From positions 1 through 64,000 of the IMG/VR virus record IMGVR_UViG_3300021594_000960: a stretch of DNA of 64,000 nucleotides. One strand, 5' to 3'. The first letter of the stretch is position 1, and each line of letters begins with the position of its first letter. The stretch comes from a virus. A program made the position numbers and the translations under genes. A model generated the notes under the pieces. It did no database searches, was not told where the DNA came from, and saw only the letters and a program-made list of their open reading frames with translations. Positions 20,137 through 30,191 of the stretch are shown here, one piece after another.

Positions 20137-20760
20137 ATGAAAGGTCCGCTTAATCCTGATTTAAAAGTTGGAGATGTAGTAATGTTACTACACATGGAAA
20201 AAGAAACTGCGGTTCCGCCAGGAACTATTGGTGTTGTTACTAATATAACGAGAGACCCTTTTGAGTCTCCTGACGAAAAGATTATTTCAGTGAAATGGGA
20301 AAATGGAAGTACGTTGAGTATGATTACATCAACAGATGCTTGGAAAAAAATAAAGTCTGAAGAAAATATCCAAGAACAACGTGATAGTGCTTGGGATTAT
20401 ATGACTCAAAATGCGGATGTTTTTGAAAATTTCGATTGGAGATGGTTAGAACAATTTCTATATAAAGTGAGAGACAGTGGTATAATCAACATGTATGCGG
20501 CATATCCGTTACTTTATTCGGGAAGCGAACACATAGACCGTTATTACGGTGAAGGTAGAGAAGATGAAGAGGAATTCCAAGCGGTTTTAGAAGATGCTGA
20601 CGAGTCAAAAAACAAAATTATCCAAGGTGTTATAAAATATATGGAAAAAAATAACAAAGACCTTGATAACATGGACCAAGTCAACAGATACGCACAACAT
20701 TTTGCTCAAAGAATATTGGGTCTATATATTGCTTTATCCTCGTTAGGTGGAAGAAATTAA
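20137..20760 (+). CDS. DUF4314-like SH3-fold N-terminus plus helical domain
   Basis: VPPGTIGVVT...VKWENGSTLSMI...D; VRDSGIINMY. Confidence 0.55.
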   Translation: MKGPLNPDLKVGDVVMLLHMEKETAVPPGTIGVVTNITRDPFESPDEKIISVKWENGSTLSMITSTDAWKKIKSEENIQEQRDSAWDYMTQNADVFENFDWRWLEQFLYKVRDSGIINMYAAYPLLYSGSEHIDRYYGEGREDEEEFQAVLEDADESKNKIIQGVIKYMEKNNKDLDNMDQVNRYAQHFAQRILGLYIALSSLGGRN

Positions 20761-21854
20761 TTACTCAAAGGTGCCTTGATAGAAGGGTGGGAGGTGTAGT
20801 TCATTAACTGGATATCATCAACACCGATTTTTTCCCAATCAACAATATAACCATCTCTGAACTTAAAATCGAAATTTAATTTTACGTTCGGAAGTTCGAA
20901 AGATTTTCTTTCGATTTGTTCCCTTGCTTGGTCAATATGATTAAGATACAAATGAGTGTCCCCCAAATTACCAATTAACTCGTCGGGAACCATATTGGTT
21001 AATTTGCCGAGCAAAGTAAGTAGTAATCCATAGGATGCAATATTGAAAGGCAAACCTAAAAACGTATCAACAGACCTCTGATTCCACATTAAAGATATTG
21101 CTCTTGTAGGTGTCTTGCAGTAGTACTCATTATCAAAATCAGGAATTATTGTTTCATCGTATTCCATCCCCGTTTCGTAATTTTTGGAAAACCACAAACT
21201 ATATCTTTCCCTGTATGTAAGTTCTCTTGTATATATTTGAAACCCGTAATGGCATGGAGGTAATACCATTTCATCTAATTCACCAACATTCCAAGCATTA
21301 ACCATAAGCCTTCTTGAATCAGGTTCTGTTCTTAACATGTGAACTAATCTTTGAATTTGGTCGAACCACAATGAGCCCATTTCACCTTTAGAAGTGGTCA
21401 TCCAACCTTGCCATTGTCTCCATTGTTTACCGTATATAGGACCTAATTCACCATATTCTTTGGCAAATTTCTTATCAGTTTTGATTTTATCTATGAACTC
21501 ATCTACAGATTTGAGGTTGAAATGAGGATGACCCGACATCGCTGAATTTAGTTCAAACTCACGTTTAGTAATGTTCAAATAATTTTTATAAGCATCACCA
21601 TTCCAAATGTTACAACCATTATCAACCAAATACTTGATGTTAGTATCACCACGTAAAAACCAAAGTAATTCAGTTACCATAGTTTTCCATGCCATTTTTT
21701 TTGTTGTGAGTAAGGGAAACCCCTCTCTCATGTTATGACGAATTTGATAACCAAAGATTGATTTGGTTCCCGTACCTGTTCTATCTTTTTTTTCTACCCC
21801 ATCACGAAGGATGTGGAGTAGTAGGTCTTGATATTTTTTGTCTATAGTATTCAT
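20757..21854 (-). CDS. thyA: thymidylate synthase
   Basis: DRTGTGT, FPLLTTKK, LGPIYGKQWR, LPPCH, QRSVDTFLGLPFNIASY. Confidence 0.97.
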   Translation of the reverse strand: MNTIDKKYQDLLLHILRDGVEKKDRTGTGTKSIFGYQIRHNMREGFPLLTTKKMAWKTMVTELLWFLRGDTNIKYLVDNGCNIWNGDAYKNYLNITKREFELNSAMSGHPHFNLKSVDEFIDKIKTDKKFAKEYGELGPIYGKQWRQWQGWMTTSKGEMGSLWFDQIQRLVHMLRTEPDSRRLMVNAWNVGELDEMVLPPCHYGFQIYTRELTYRERYSLWFSKNYETGMEYDETIIPDFDNEYYCKTPTRAISLMWNQRSVDTFLGLPFNIASYGLLLTLLGKLTNMVPDELIGNLGDTHLYLNHIDQAREQIERKSFELPNVKLNFDFKFRDGYIVDWEKIGVDDIQLMNYTSHPSIKAPLSN

Positions 21855-22072
21855 GATAAAACTATTATTTCACCAGGGTTGTGAGCTGGTATGTCGTAGG
21901 TAAATTTATGTTTATTAAGAATGTTTACAGTTAAATTTCTCATTCTAAGTGAGTCTCCTGTGATAATTCTAACAGGTAATTCAGTAGAGTGTAAGAGAAC
22001 AAAATTTTCTACCTTGTCTCTTACATCTCTATGAAATATACCGTGTAAATCTAATTCTTTCATTTTACCCAT
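21851..22072 (-). CDS. stand-alone Smr-domain protein
   Basis: LDLHG...VRIITG...NPG. Confidence 0.75.
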   Translation of the reverse strand: MGKMKELDLHGIFHRDVRDKVENFVLLHSTELPVRIITGDSLRMRNLTVNILNKHKFTYDIPAHNPGEIIVLS

Positions 22073-22224
22073 TCTTGAAAAGCTAGTTCGTAAGCGGAAA
22101 CTCGGTCTAAGTTTGGAGACTCCTCTAAAATTTGTTTAGCTGTATCTATGACTTCTTTTCTCAAATCATACTTACTGGCTTCATGTAAAATTTCATCAAT
22201 TATCTCTTCGCTAGTGATACTCAT
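22060..22224 (-). CDS. small hypothetical protein (54 aa)
   Basis: MSITSEEIIDEILHEA...AFQEWVK read manually; fills the operon gap. Confidence 0.6.
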   Translation of the reverse strand: MSITSEEIIDEILHEASKYDLRKEVIDTAKQILEESPNLDRVSAYELAFQEWVK

Positions 22225-22226
22225 TT

Positions 22227-22424
22227 TTAATTTTTCTGATTTTGAAATTCTTCAATTAGATAATTTATGTTATCGGACAGATGGTCGTTTTTTTTCAACC
22301 ATTCCAAAACGTCATCTACACCCAACTTGTAGGATTGATACATGCAACTCTTGATAGCACTTTCACTTAAGAAAGAACTATGAGGTATTGTGTTTTCAAA
22401 TATTTCAGTGAGTCTGATGTCCAT
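22227..22424 (-). CDS. hypothetical protein
   Basis: 65 aa. Confidence 0.6.
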   Translation of the reverse strand: MDIRLTEIFENTIPHSSFLSESAIKSCMYQSYKLGVDDVLEWLKKNDHLSDNINYLIEEFQNQKN

Positions 22425-22425
22425 A

Positions 22426-22641
22426 TTATTTTGTTATTACCATGTTTGTGTTTGAAATTGGTAGACGAAGGACAGGATATTTTTTTTCAAATTCATCACT
22501 TTGGATTACCTCATAAAATCCTTCACAAACCTTCACGGTCGGAATGCTAGACATTTCCATTAAAATTTTTTGATTTTCAGAGGTGTAGTTCTCGTAAACT
22601 TTGATTGATTTTGTAGTTGTGTTGAAAATAAGTGTTTGCAT
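22426..22641 (-). CDS. hypothetical protein
   Basis: 71 aa; TATATTTG promoter-like element upstream. Confidence 0.6.
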   Translation of the reverse strand: MQTLIFNTTTKSIKVYENYTSENQKILMEMSSIPTVKVCEGFYEVIQSDEFEKKYPVLRLPISNTNMVITK

Positions 22642-22683
22642 GATTTAATTTGTTTAGAATACAAATATACAAAAAAATGGCAT

Positions 22684-22762
22684 AAAAAAAACAGGTCAGT
22701 TTTATTGGGCGATAAGTAAATTACCAAGATACTTTATCAATAGAATTAAACTGAACCTGTCT
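22684..22762 (-). ncRNA. candidate hairpin sRNA antisense to the leader of gene 12491-12988
   Basis: ACAGGT(T)CAGTTT/AAACTGACCTGT closing stem plus U-tract; internal 16 nt (22722-22737) exactly reverse-complementary to 12991-13006. Confidence 0.5.
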
Positions 22763-22842
22763 ACAGAATATTAAACATTGTCCAAGACAATGTAAAATAG
22801 AAAAATGGAAATTATTTGGTATTTATAAGAAACAATTCTTTT

Positions 22843-24012
22843 ATGAACGCATACTTTGCTGCAAGTAGAATGAGTCAAGATGAGAAGAATGATATCTTGG
22901 CAAAACACAGAACACTATACGATGGATACAGAACGATGCAATCCTCGGTATCTAACGAACAACCATTATATGTACAAGACTTTGCAAAAGACAAAGTTGG
23001 TGCAGTAGTAAACAACAAAGGTGTTGTAAAACCTTATACCAACATGGGAATAAACGAACAAGTTCAGAAAGAGGTTTGTGACGAATGCGGAGCGATGCAA
23101 ATGAGTGAAGGTGAATGTATGGAGTGTGGGTGGAAAGGTGAGGTTGGTGCAATGGAAGAGGCAAAAGAACTTATGTGTTCTGAATGTGGTGGAGCAATGA
23201 ACGAAGGTGAGTGTTCCGAGTGTGGTTACAAAATGGAAGAATTGGATGAAACAGGACATTTAGATGATATCTATAATGTTGAAGATTTGGGTGACGCAGA
23301 ATTTGATTATGTTCAAGGAGGAGGTAACAAATACGGTACATTTGAAAAAATGCATCACATGAAAGGAATAAAAAGAGAACAAGTAGAAGATGATTATGTC
23401 GACAATTTTGAAGACCCAGACAACGAAGATGACGAAGTTGTGGGAACAGATGACTTGGAAATTGATTCAAGTGAAATGTATGAACAAGGGTATACTGGCG
23501 GTGGAAACGCTCCTGATATGGACATCAGTAATGTTGAACCAGCCTACGATTTTGTTAGTAATGGACCCATGGATGTCTACCCTGAAGGAGAAATGGAAGA
23601 ACAAGATTGTTTAGATTGTGACGATGAAACTGCGTACGAGACAATGGAGTCAGCTTGGTCTGATGAGTTAGAAGAGACCGATATTTCAGGAGTACAAGGA
23701 ATTTATGGTGATATGGAACCAGCATTTGATTTTGATTCAAAAGGACCAGGAAGTGCTGGACCTTACCAAACATCAAGTTGGGGAGGTTCATCTAACGATG
23801 ATACCGCTGAAGACGATGTTTATTGGCAAAAAGATTTGGCACCAAATGAATTAGACTTGGATTTAGAAAAATTCAACCCTGAGGATTCTACGTGGGAAGA
23901 AATTAAAGCCCATACAGGTAATTGGGACGAAATTGATGAAGATTTGAAAGAGTCTTTCGAAAAACAAAAAAATAAGATAACAGAAATGATGATTAGAATG
24001 AAAGTTCTTTAA
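22843..24012 (+). CDS. highly acidic protein with CxxCG zinc-ribbon-like repeats
   Basis: CDECG, CMECG, CSECG, CSECG; repeated PAY/FDF.S.GP. Confidence 0.75.
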   Translation: MNAYFAASRMSQDEKNDILAKHRTLYDGYRTMQSSVSNEQPLYVQDFAKDKVGAVVNNKGVVKPYTNMGINEQVQKEVCDECGAMQMSEGECMECGWKGEVGAMEEAKELMCSECGGAMNEGECSECGYKMEELDETGHLDDIYNVEDLGDAEFDYVQGGGNKYGTFEKMHHMKGIKREQVEDDYVDNFEDPDNEDDEVVGTDDLEIDSSEMYEQGYTGGGNAPDMDISNVEPAYDFVSNGPMDVYPEGEMEEQDCLDCDDETAYETMESAWSDELEETDISGVQGIYGDMEPAFDFDSKGPGSAGPYQTSSWGGSSNDDTAEDDVYWQKDLAPNELDLDLEKFNPEDSTWEEIKAHTGNWDEIDEDLKESFEKQKNKITEMMIRMKVL

Positions 24013-24025
24013 TAACAAAAACCCC

Positions 24026-24979
24026 TCATAAAGAGGGGTTTTTTATTTCATGATACTTTAATTTTTTCACTTGTTCATCAATAAATATTTCTATATCATC
24101 CTCGTCTTTGCAGTCGAAAATCGAGATAATCCTTTTAATTTCGTTTATTTTATAAACATTGTTAAAAGATTGTGTATCAGAACCATACAAATTATATTCA
24201 GGTACAAATATTTTTAAAAAATTTTCAGATTTATTCAAATCAATTTTTGTTTCTTCAGGAAACTTATTTGTAGATTTTATTTCAAAACGGTAATCCGACG
24301 CACAATCTTTCATTGGAGTATCAATGAAAAAAACAAATTTTCTTTTTTCTCTTTTATAATGGTATTCAACTAAATTTTTTGATACAGGACACTCATAGAA
24401 TTTTGATTGAATATCATTTGTTTTTTTATAGTTTAAAATTTTAAAACCGTTTCGTATATGGGTGTCTTGGTTTCTTTTACTCTTTTTGATTTGCATAACA
24501 CCAGAAAAAAAATTTTTTTTATTTTTCAGGATATGACTAAAATTTACTAAGACAGGCCCAACTTCAGGATATTTTCTTTTTCTTTCCGAATCGTATTCGT
24601 AGACATCATTCAATAAGACGGTAACTTCTTTGGAATTTAATTGTTCCTCAGTTAGTGATTCAATGTCTGGAATTTCATTATCGTAAGATATAAAAACATA
24701 GTCTTCAAAGGTTTTATAAAGTTTTTCTAACGTGGATTGTATTGAAATTGAAATAAATTTATTGTTTTCGAGCGAATCGATATAGTTTTTGTGTAGTGTA
24801 AAGGTTTTGATTTTGTGGTCAATCACACCATAAAATTCTTTCAATTTTTCTAAACTTTCTTGGTCACCGAAAATTAAAAAATAATCAACGATTTCATATA
24901 ACTTTTTGAACCTTATCTCAAAAACGTCAACATCATCTCCAATCAAGACCACGTCAAAAATCAATTTTTTTCCAATCAT
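24026..24979 (-). CDS. degenerate glycosyltransferase family 17-like protein
   Basis: FEIRFKKLYEIVDYFLI...NEIPD resembles the GT17 N-terminus. Confidence 0.4.
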   Translation of the reverse strand: MIGKKLIFDVVLIGDDVDVFEIRFKKLYEIVDYFLIFGDQESLEKLKEFYGVIDHKIKTFTLHKNYIDSLENNKFISISIQSTLEKLYKTFEDYVFISYDNEIPDIESLTEEQLNSKEVTVLLNDVYEYDSERKRKYPEVGPVLVNFSHILKNKKNFFSGVMQIKKSKRNQDTHIRNGFKILNYKKTNDIQSKFYECPVSKNLVEYHYKREKRKFVFFIDTPMKDCASDYRFEIKSTNKFPEETKIDLNKSENFLKIFVPEYNLYGSDTQSFNNVYKINEIKRIISIFDCKDEDDIEIFIDEQVKKLKYHEIKNPSL

Positions 24980-25032
24980 ACTATTGAAAATATATGAAAA
25001 GCGGGTTAAACTTAAAGTAATAAAATTACAAC

Positions 25033-25632
25033 ATGGCATCTAACAACAAATTTGTTTCGAATCAAAGAAATAACGTCAATCATTTCAATTACTATTATTT
25101 CACTAATGTTTTTACAGACCAAGAAATTGAAAATATTATTGAAGTTGGGGAATCTCAACCAAAAATTAAAGCTACTACTGTAGGTGAAGATATCGGTCAA
25201 AGTGTGTCTGAATACAGAGTAAGTGATATTGCTTGGTTGTCTAATAACCAAAAAACAAGTTGGCTTTACGATAGAATTGCTGATTTGGCAATAAAGGCAA
25301 ATAATGAAATGTGGAATTTTGATATTTGGGATTTCCAAGATGATTTACAATATACATCATATTACGGTAACGGAGGTCATTATGATTGGCACGCTGATTT
25401 AGGTGTAGGTATCTCAAATAGAAAACTATCCATAGTCTTACAACTTTCAAATGCAGATGAGTACGAGGGAGGTGAACTACAAATGAATACAGGTGGAAGC
25501 ATCATCAATGTCCCCAAAGAAAAAGGCTTAATTTGTTTTTTCCCTTCGTTTCTTTTACACAGAGTTACGCCACTATCATCAGGATTAAGAAGGTCATTAG
25601 TTACTTGGTTGTGTGGTGCTAATTTGAGATGA
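25033..25632 (+). CDS. 2OG-Fe(II) oxygenase (PKHD-type)
   Basis: YDWHAD, RKLSIVLQLS, YEGGEL, FPSFLLHRVTP, RRSLVTW. Confidence 0.9.
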   Translation: MASNNKFVSNQRNNVNHFNYYYFTNVFTDQEIENIIEVGESQPKIKATTVGEDIGQSVSEYRVSDIAWLSNNQKTSWLYDRIADLAIKANNEMWNFDIWDFQDDLQYTSYYGNGGHYDWHADLGVGISNRKLSIVLQLSNADEYEGGELQMNTGGSIINVPKEKGLICFFPSFLLHRVTPLSSGLRRSLVTWLCGANLR

Positions 25633-26048
25633 TACGACACGAATACATATCAGTTCAAGATTATAGGAGAGTTGGTCTAGCCAATGAATATTGGTTGTGG
25701 CATTTTACTGCATCTAAACCATTACCAGCACAACAAATTCAGTCACTTATGGGACCAACGGATGAAATAGGATTTCATCCTTTTAGATACATTGTAGACC
25801 AAATGTCTATTCCTGTTTTTGAAAGTGAATCTTCTAAATCTTACGACTTCTTGTTATCATTAGACCCACATATTACAGCGAATAAGCTCTATCAAAGAGA
25901 CCATTTTTTTACTTTGGTATTGGGATTCAATTACATGAGATTAGTCACCTCAACATTTCATCCAAATAAATGTTATTGTGCAGAAGGAATTATAAGCGTA
26001 GTTGCAGACCTTAATCCGAATTTACTTAAAGATTTCAAATTTGATTAA
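25629..26048 (+). CDS. hypothetical protein
   Basis: 139 aa. Confidence 0.6.
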   Translation: MIRHEYISVQDYRRVGLANEYWLWHFTASKPLPAQQIQSLMGPTDEIGFHPFRYIVDQMSIPVFESESSKSYDFLLSLDPHITANKLYQRDHFFTLVLGFNYMRLVTSTFHPNKCYCAEGIISVVADLNPNLLKDFKFD

Positions 26049-26641
26049 CGTTCAGTATTGAAGAAAAATACCTGAAATAATCTTCCATCGTACATATCCC
26101 TTCCGAAATAATCCAAGGATACGTGATAGTTGTCTGCTCTATACATGATAAGACGATTAAAAACATTTCCAACTCTATCGACTAATTCCCATTTTGTATA
26201 ATCTCTACAATCAATACCAGGAGGTGCAGACTCTTTGTAGCCTGGTTCATTTTCTCTTTTATAATCGTAGTGCATCCACCCTGTTGCTTTATGTCGAAAA
26301 ATACCCGTTCCCGAACTAAGAGGAGCGTCGGGTGTTAGGTAACAAACCGCGGCCCAATCAGTTGTGGAGTCAGCGTGAATCCATGACCTGTCTTCTGCTA
26401 CCGTATATTGAAAAGAACCAGTATAATTGTTTTCAGGGTCGTCACTACCCCAATAGGTAATTTCTCCAGCAAATGGATAAAGAATATCTCTTAATTTCTT
26501 TTTAAGTCCGTCATTTAAAAATGACCTTGTTCTTTGACCTGGATAATTTCCTCTAACTTTAAATTCTTGTTTGAGTGCGAATTCTCTAACATCCATTGGG
26601 TTTGCGTAGAAATCGTCAATTGTAAGTGAATTAAATCTCAT
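26045..26641 (-). CDS. 2OG-Fe(II) oxygenase-like (DUF6445-like) protein
   Basis: IDDFYANP, YPGQR, WIHAD, FNRLIMY...H, RLFQVFF. Confidence 0.7.
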   Translation of the reverse strand: MRFNSLTIDDFYANPMDVREFALKQEFKVRGNYPGQRTRSFLNDGLKKKLRDILYPFAGEITYWGSDDPENNYTGSFQYTVAEDRSWIHADSTTDWAAVCYLTPDAPLSSGTGIFRHKATGWMHYDYKRENEPGYKESAPPGIDCRDYTKWELVDRVGNVFNRLIMYRADNYHVSLDYFGRDMYDGRLFQVFFFNTER

Positions 26642-26754
26642 AAAATTTGTCTTTAGTAAAAAGTAACCATAAATACACAGAAAAAAAATGGTAAAAGAAA
26701 AATTTTGAAATGACTTTTACCTTACTTTATAATATTTGTTATATAAAATTGCTT

Positions 26755-27087
26755 ATGGAAATTAAAGAAATTGTGTCCTACTTCATGAACAGTGATAGCA
26801 ACATCATGGAGGTTTCTTTTAGGACAATTGAGGACAACGATGAGGTTATTAGAGTAGACCAAATAGATTATTCAATAGTTGAAGAATACGGGTTTGATTT
26901 AGTCACAGAATCTTTCGATTTTTTTGACGAGGATGAAGATGATTCATTCGTTGACGAAGACAAAGTTGAATTGGATGAGGATGAATTGATAACATTCTTA
27001 AATGAATATTATACAATTCACCCTAACTCTTTACCAAGTGCAGTTTCTAACAAGTCACTATCAACTTGGAACGTAATTCTTGCGTAA
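26755..27087 (+). CDS. acidic hypothetical protein, C-terminus probably altered by a junction
   Basis: 70-nt convergent overlap with next gene. Confidence 0.6.
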   Translation: MEIKEIVSYFMNSDSNIMEVSFRTIEDNDEVIRVDQIDYSIVEEYGFDLVTESFDFFDEDEDDSFVDEDKVELDEDELITFLNEYYTIHPNSLPSAVSNKSLSTWNVILA

Positions 27088-27494
27088 GAATTTCTATCTT
27101 TTGGTTTGTAGTCAAATTGAATTTTTCCTGTAGTATATGCATCAAAACTATATGGAACCCTCCAAAACATAATTTCGTTTGGTGACTCACCATACTCCCA
27201 TCTATCCCTTTGACCATTTTGTTGTCTATTGAACCAAATCATTCTTATGGTTGAGTAATCAAAATGCAGATAGAAATTATCTACTTTGATTGAATCAAAT
27301 GGGTCAGGAAGGTATGGAGTCATAAAAGTAGAACCTGAAAGGAAGGTTGTATCTTTTGTGGTTGCCTGTGATGTTTGAATCAGAGTAACTTTGGAAACAA
27401 CATACTTTCCACTCAAAGTCAGGTCACTGACTTCAGTAACATATTTTTCACATGATATGAGAAATGGGAGTAAGAAAATAATATATTTTTTCAT
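27018..27494 (-). CDS. lipoprotein, C-terminus probably altered by a junction
   Basis: MKKYIIFLLPFLISC lipobox. Confidence 0.65.
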   Translation of the reverse strand: MKKYIIFLLPFLISCEKYVTEVSDLTLSGKYVVSKVTLIQTSQATTKDTTFLSGSTFMTPYLPDPFDSIKVDNFYLHFDYSTIRMIWFNRQQNGQRDRWEYGESPNEIMFWRVPYSFDAYTTGKIQFDYKPKDRNSYARITFQVDSDLLETALGKELG

Positions 27495-27541
27495 AATCCC
27501 AAAGGTATGAAATTTTACCAAACCAAAAAATATTTATTTAT

Positions 27542-27790
27542 ATGATTTTAGACGTAGATATTTTAATAACACTATTCGAAAAGTACTCGGATAAGAAAAC
27601 ATCAAGTGAAATTGGAGAACAAGAAGCGGCAGCTGCACCTTCAGGAGGTTCTACAGGGGGTGGTAAAGTACCACCAAAATGGGCCGATATTCACGGTGGA
27701 CCTAAAAGAGGGAAAGCCAACATGTTAAGTAAAGGTGGCGAAAAATGGGAAACAGGTATGAATAGAGGCGTCGCAAATCAAATTTGGTAA
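27542..27790 (+). CDS. small hypothetical protein
   Basis: 82 aa; repeated W...RG.AN. Confidence 0.65.
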   Translation: MILDVDILITLFEKYSDKKTSSEIGEQEAAAAPSGGSTGGGKVPPKWADIHGGPKRGKANMLSKGGEKWETGMNRGVANQIW

Positions 27791-27823
27791 AATCAATATA
27801 TTTATAACAAAAAACAGATTTAT

Positions 27824-29161
27824 ATGGTACATCCTAAATACAGCCCAGAAGAGGCTCTACAGAGAATGAAACTAATGATGGAGTATGATTCTTCAAAAAC
27901 TCTTAGTGAAAATGAAAAACTATTAAAAGAAGATTCCACAGGATGGGAAAGAGGTCTTGCTGGTGCAGGAACTGTTGGTGCAACCGCTGGTGGAGCATTT
28001 GGTGGATTTAAGGCAGGTGCTGCTATCGGTTCGGCAGGAGGTCCTTTGGGTGCCGTAATTGGTGGTGGTCTCGGGGCTATCTTGGGAATTTTAGGTATGA
28101 ATGCGTGGTTAAGTGGGGATGCTACAGAGGAGAAAAAAATTCAAGAATTTTTGAAAGCGTGTGATAGCACTGACGCAAGAGCAAAAAAATATATTACAAA
28201 ATCTAGTATGAATCCAACTGACCAAGCTGCATTAGCTAAGGTTTTTGCTAAGGCGGTGAACTATCAAACTCTTTGGATTTTTGGTGGTACAGACGATTCT
28301 GAAGAAACAGGATGGAGAGCAATGACCAGTAAATTAGAAAAAGACGGTTCATTTGGTGATGTTTGTGCAATAAGACAAATGTATGGTGGAGACAAATTTG
28401 AAGATAGAGTAATATCAGAATTAGATGATGAAGAACAAGCGGATTTTGCTGGTTCATTGGGTGTTGTTTTAGCAAGAACTCTTAAAGGTGACTTGAAAGT
28501 TCAAGATGCTGAGGCTTTAGGTTCAAACTGGTGGTTAGACAACTTCGAATGTATGAGAATTACAAACTCATTTGTTGATGGTTGGGAACCTCTTTTAGAC
28601 CCTAAGTATCAAACGAACTATGTTCAGGTTCAGTTTAAAACAAGAGGCGTAGTTAAGGTTTACAATATGGACAACAAAGGAAGAATTTATGTACCAACAG
28701 GTTCAGGTTTAGGAAGAGCAACAGGAAAAGCAGTTGTCTGCCAAGGTGATAAAGTAACTATAGCAAATACTGTATCTGAGTCAGTTCAAAAAAAAAAGTT
28801 GAGAGAACAAGCTGATTTAGGAAACATAAGTTTGGATGGTAGTGAAGTTGATTTAGACCCGCAACCTACACCAAACCCTACTAGTACGGGTGGTGGAGGA
28901 ACACCAAGACCATCTTACATGGATTGTGTTGGTGTTTACAGAAAAGGATGTAAGTCTGACGTTATCAAAAAGGTACAAGGATGTTTAGGAGGATTAAGTC
29001 AAGACGGAAAATTCGGAAGTAAAACCGAGCAAAAATTAAAAGAAAAATTCCCTGATTTAAACGGGATTTTCAGAGATAGTGAAGTTGATAAAATATGTGG
29101 TTCTAACACTCAGAATGTGCAAAACGACCCATTCTTAGATTTTGACCCAAACACACATTAA
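27824..29161 (+). CDS. glycine-zipper protein with C-terminal peptidoglycan-binding-like domain
   Basis: GAAIGSAGGPLGAVIGGGLGA; IKKVQGCL...DGKFGSKT. Confidence 0.65.
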   Translation: MVHPKYSPEEALQRMKLMMEYDSSKTLSENEKLLKEDSTGWERGLAGAGTVGATAGGAFGGFKAGAAIGSAGGPLGAVIGGGLGAILGILGMNAWLSGDATEEKKIQEFLKACDSTDARAKKYITKSSMNPTDQAALAKVFAKAVNYQTLWIFGGTDDSEETGWRAMTSKLEKDGSFGDVCAIRQMYGGDKFEDRVISELDDEEQADFAGSLGVVLARTLKGDLKVQDAEALGSNWWLDNFECMRITNSFVDGWEPLLDPKYQTNYVQVQFKTRGVVKVYNMDNKGRIYVPTGSGLGRATGKAVVCQGDKVTIANTVSESVQKKKLREQADLGNISLDGSEVDLDPQPTPNPTSTGGGGTPRPSYMDCVGVYRKGCKSDVIKKVQGCLGGLSQDGKFGSKTEQKLKEKFPDLNGIFRDSEVDKICGSNTQNVQNDPFLDFDPNTH

Positions 29162-29170
29162 AATATTTTT

Positions 29171-30187
29171 ATGAAAAATTTTCTAGTAACCGAACAAGAA
29201 AGAATTAACATACTTAAAAAACATCGTTCTCTCCTTAACGAAGGACCTCAAGACGATTACAAGAAATTACAAGCTGGTTATAATGCGGGTTGTTTTGGAA
29301 ATCCTCCACCAGCATTGAATAACACTACTAAGTTTCTACCAACACCTCAAGGTTCTTACATTTTTAGAAAACCTAGTGTTAGACAACCAGGAAAATTCGT
29401 TCATTACACGACGAATAATGAATATTACTTTTTTGACCCAAAAAACGGTCAATACTCCAACTTGTTCAAAAATCAACCATGTCCAGCGATGGAAAATTAT
29501 GGTGTCCCAACTACTCAAGAGAAAAATAACCAATATGAAATCCAATATTGGAGAGGACAAAATTACAAGACATTACAAGAATTACAAGCAGCTAAGGAAA
29601 ATGTAACAGGAATTGATAATAACCCTTCGTGGGATAGAAAGCAGTTCGGTGATGTAGTTTTGTATAGAAGAAAAGATAACAAAGCTGGTGGTTTGAGTAC
29701 AACAGATGACCCAAATGATGCATTGAGAAAGGCTGCTTTAGCGTCAATTAAGGCTGCGGGATATGAGATTGAACCTACAATTGAACAAAAAAGAACTTTA
29801 AGACCATACAAATTGTATGAATTGGGAATCCAAGGAGTAGAGCCAGGAATGTTCCCACCAGACCAAGTAGTTTATTACGATAAGGCAGCAAATAGAAACC
29901 GAGTTGACCTCGCAATTCAACAACAACAAACCGACGTTACTAAAGATGTTTGTAAACAAAGAATTGAAGCTTTCTATCAAGAGTATATGAACAACAGAGG
30001 AGAAGATTATATAACTGATATAGGTGGTTTGAGAATCAGAAAAAATGAAGTTAGATTCTGTGTGAATAGATGGGAAGGAAAGTGGGGATTATTTGGTGGA
30101 AAAATTAAAGATATGGTTGAAACTCTTAAAGGTAATACTGCAGAGTCACCATCAAGCTCAGGTGTAGACTCAATTTTCAGACTCTAA
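29171..30187 (+). CDS. hypothetical (probable virion) protein
   Basis: 338 aa; N-terminal VTEQERINILKKH..LLNE. Confidence 0.7.
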   Translation: MKNFLVTEQERINILKKHRSLLNEGPQDDYKKLQAGYNAGCFGNPPPALNNTTKFLPTPQGSYIFRKPSVRQPGKFVHYTTNNEYYFFDPKNGQYSNLFKNQPCPAMENYGVPTTQEKNNQYEIQYWRGQNYKTLQELQAAKENVTGIDNNPSWDRKQFGDVVLYRRKDNKAGGLSTTDDPNDALRKAALASIKAAGYEIEPTIEQKRTLRPYKLYELGIQGVEPGMFPPDQVVYYDKAANRNRVDLAIQQQQTDVTKDVCKQRIEAFYQEYMNNRGEDYITDIGGLRIRKNEVRFCVNRWEGKWGLFGGKIKDMVETLKGNTAESPSSSGVDSIFRL

Positions 30188-30191
30188 AATT

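Noticed and set aside
20757-21854. ThyA as a dCMP hydroxymethylase feeding the carbamoyltransferases
   Set aside because: It keeps canonical thymidylate synthase motifs, including the dUMP-specifying Asn.
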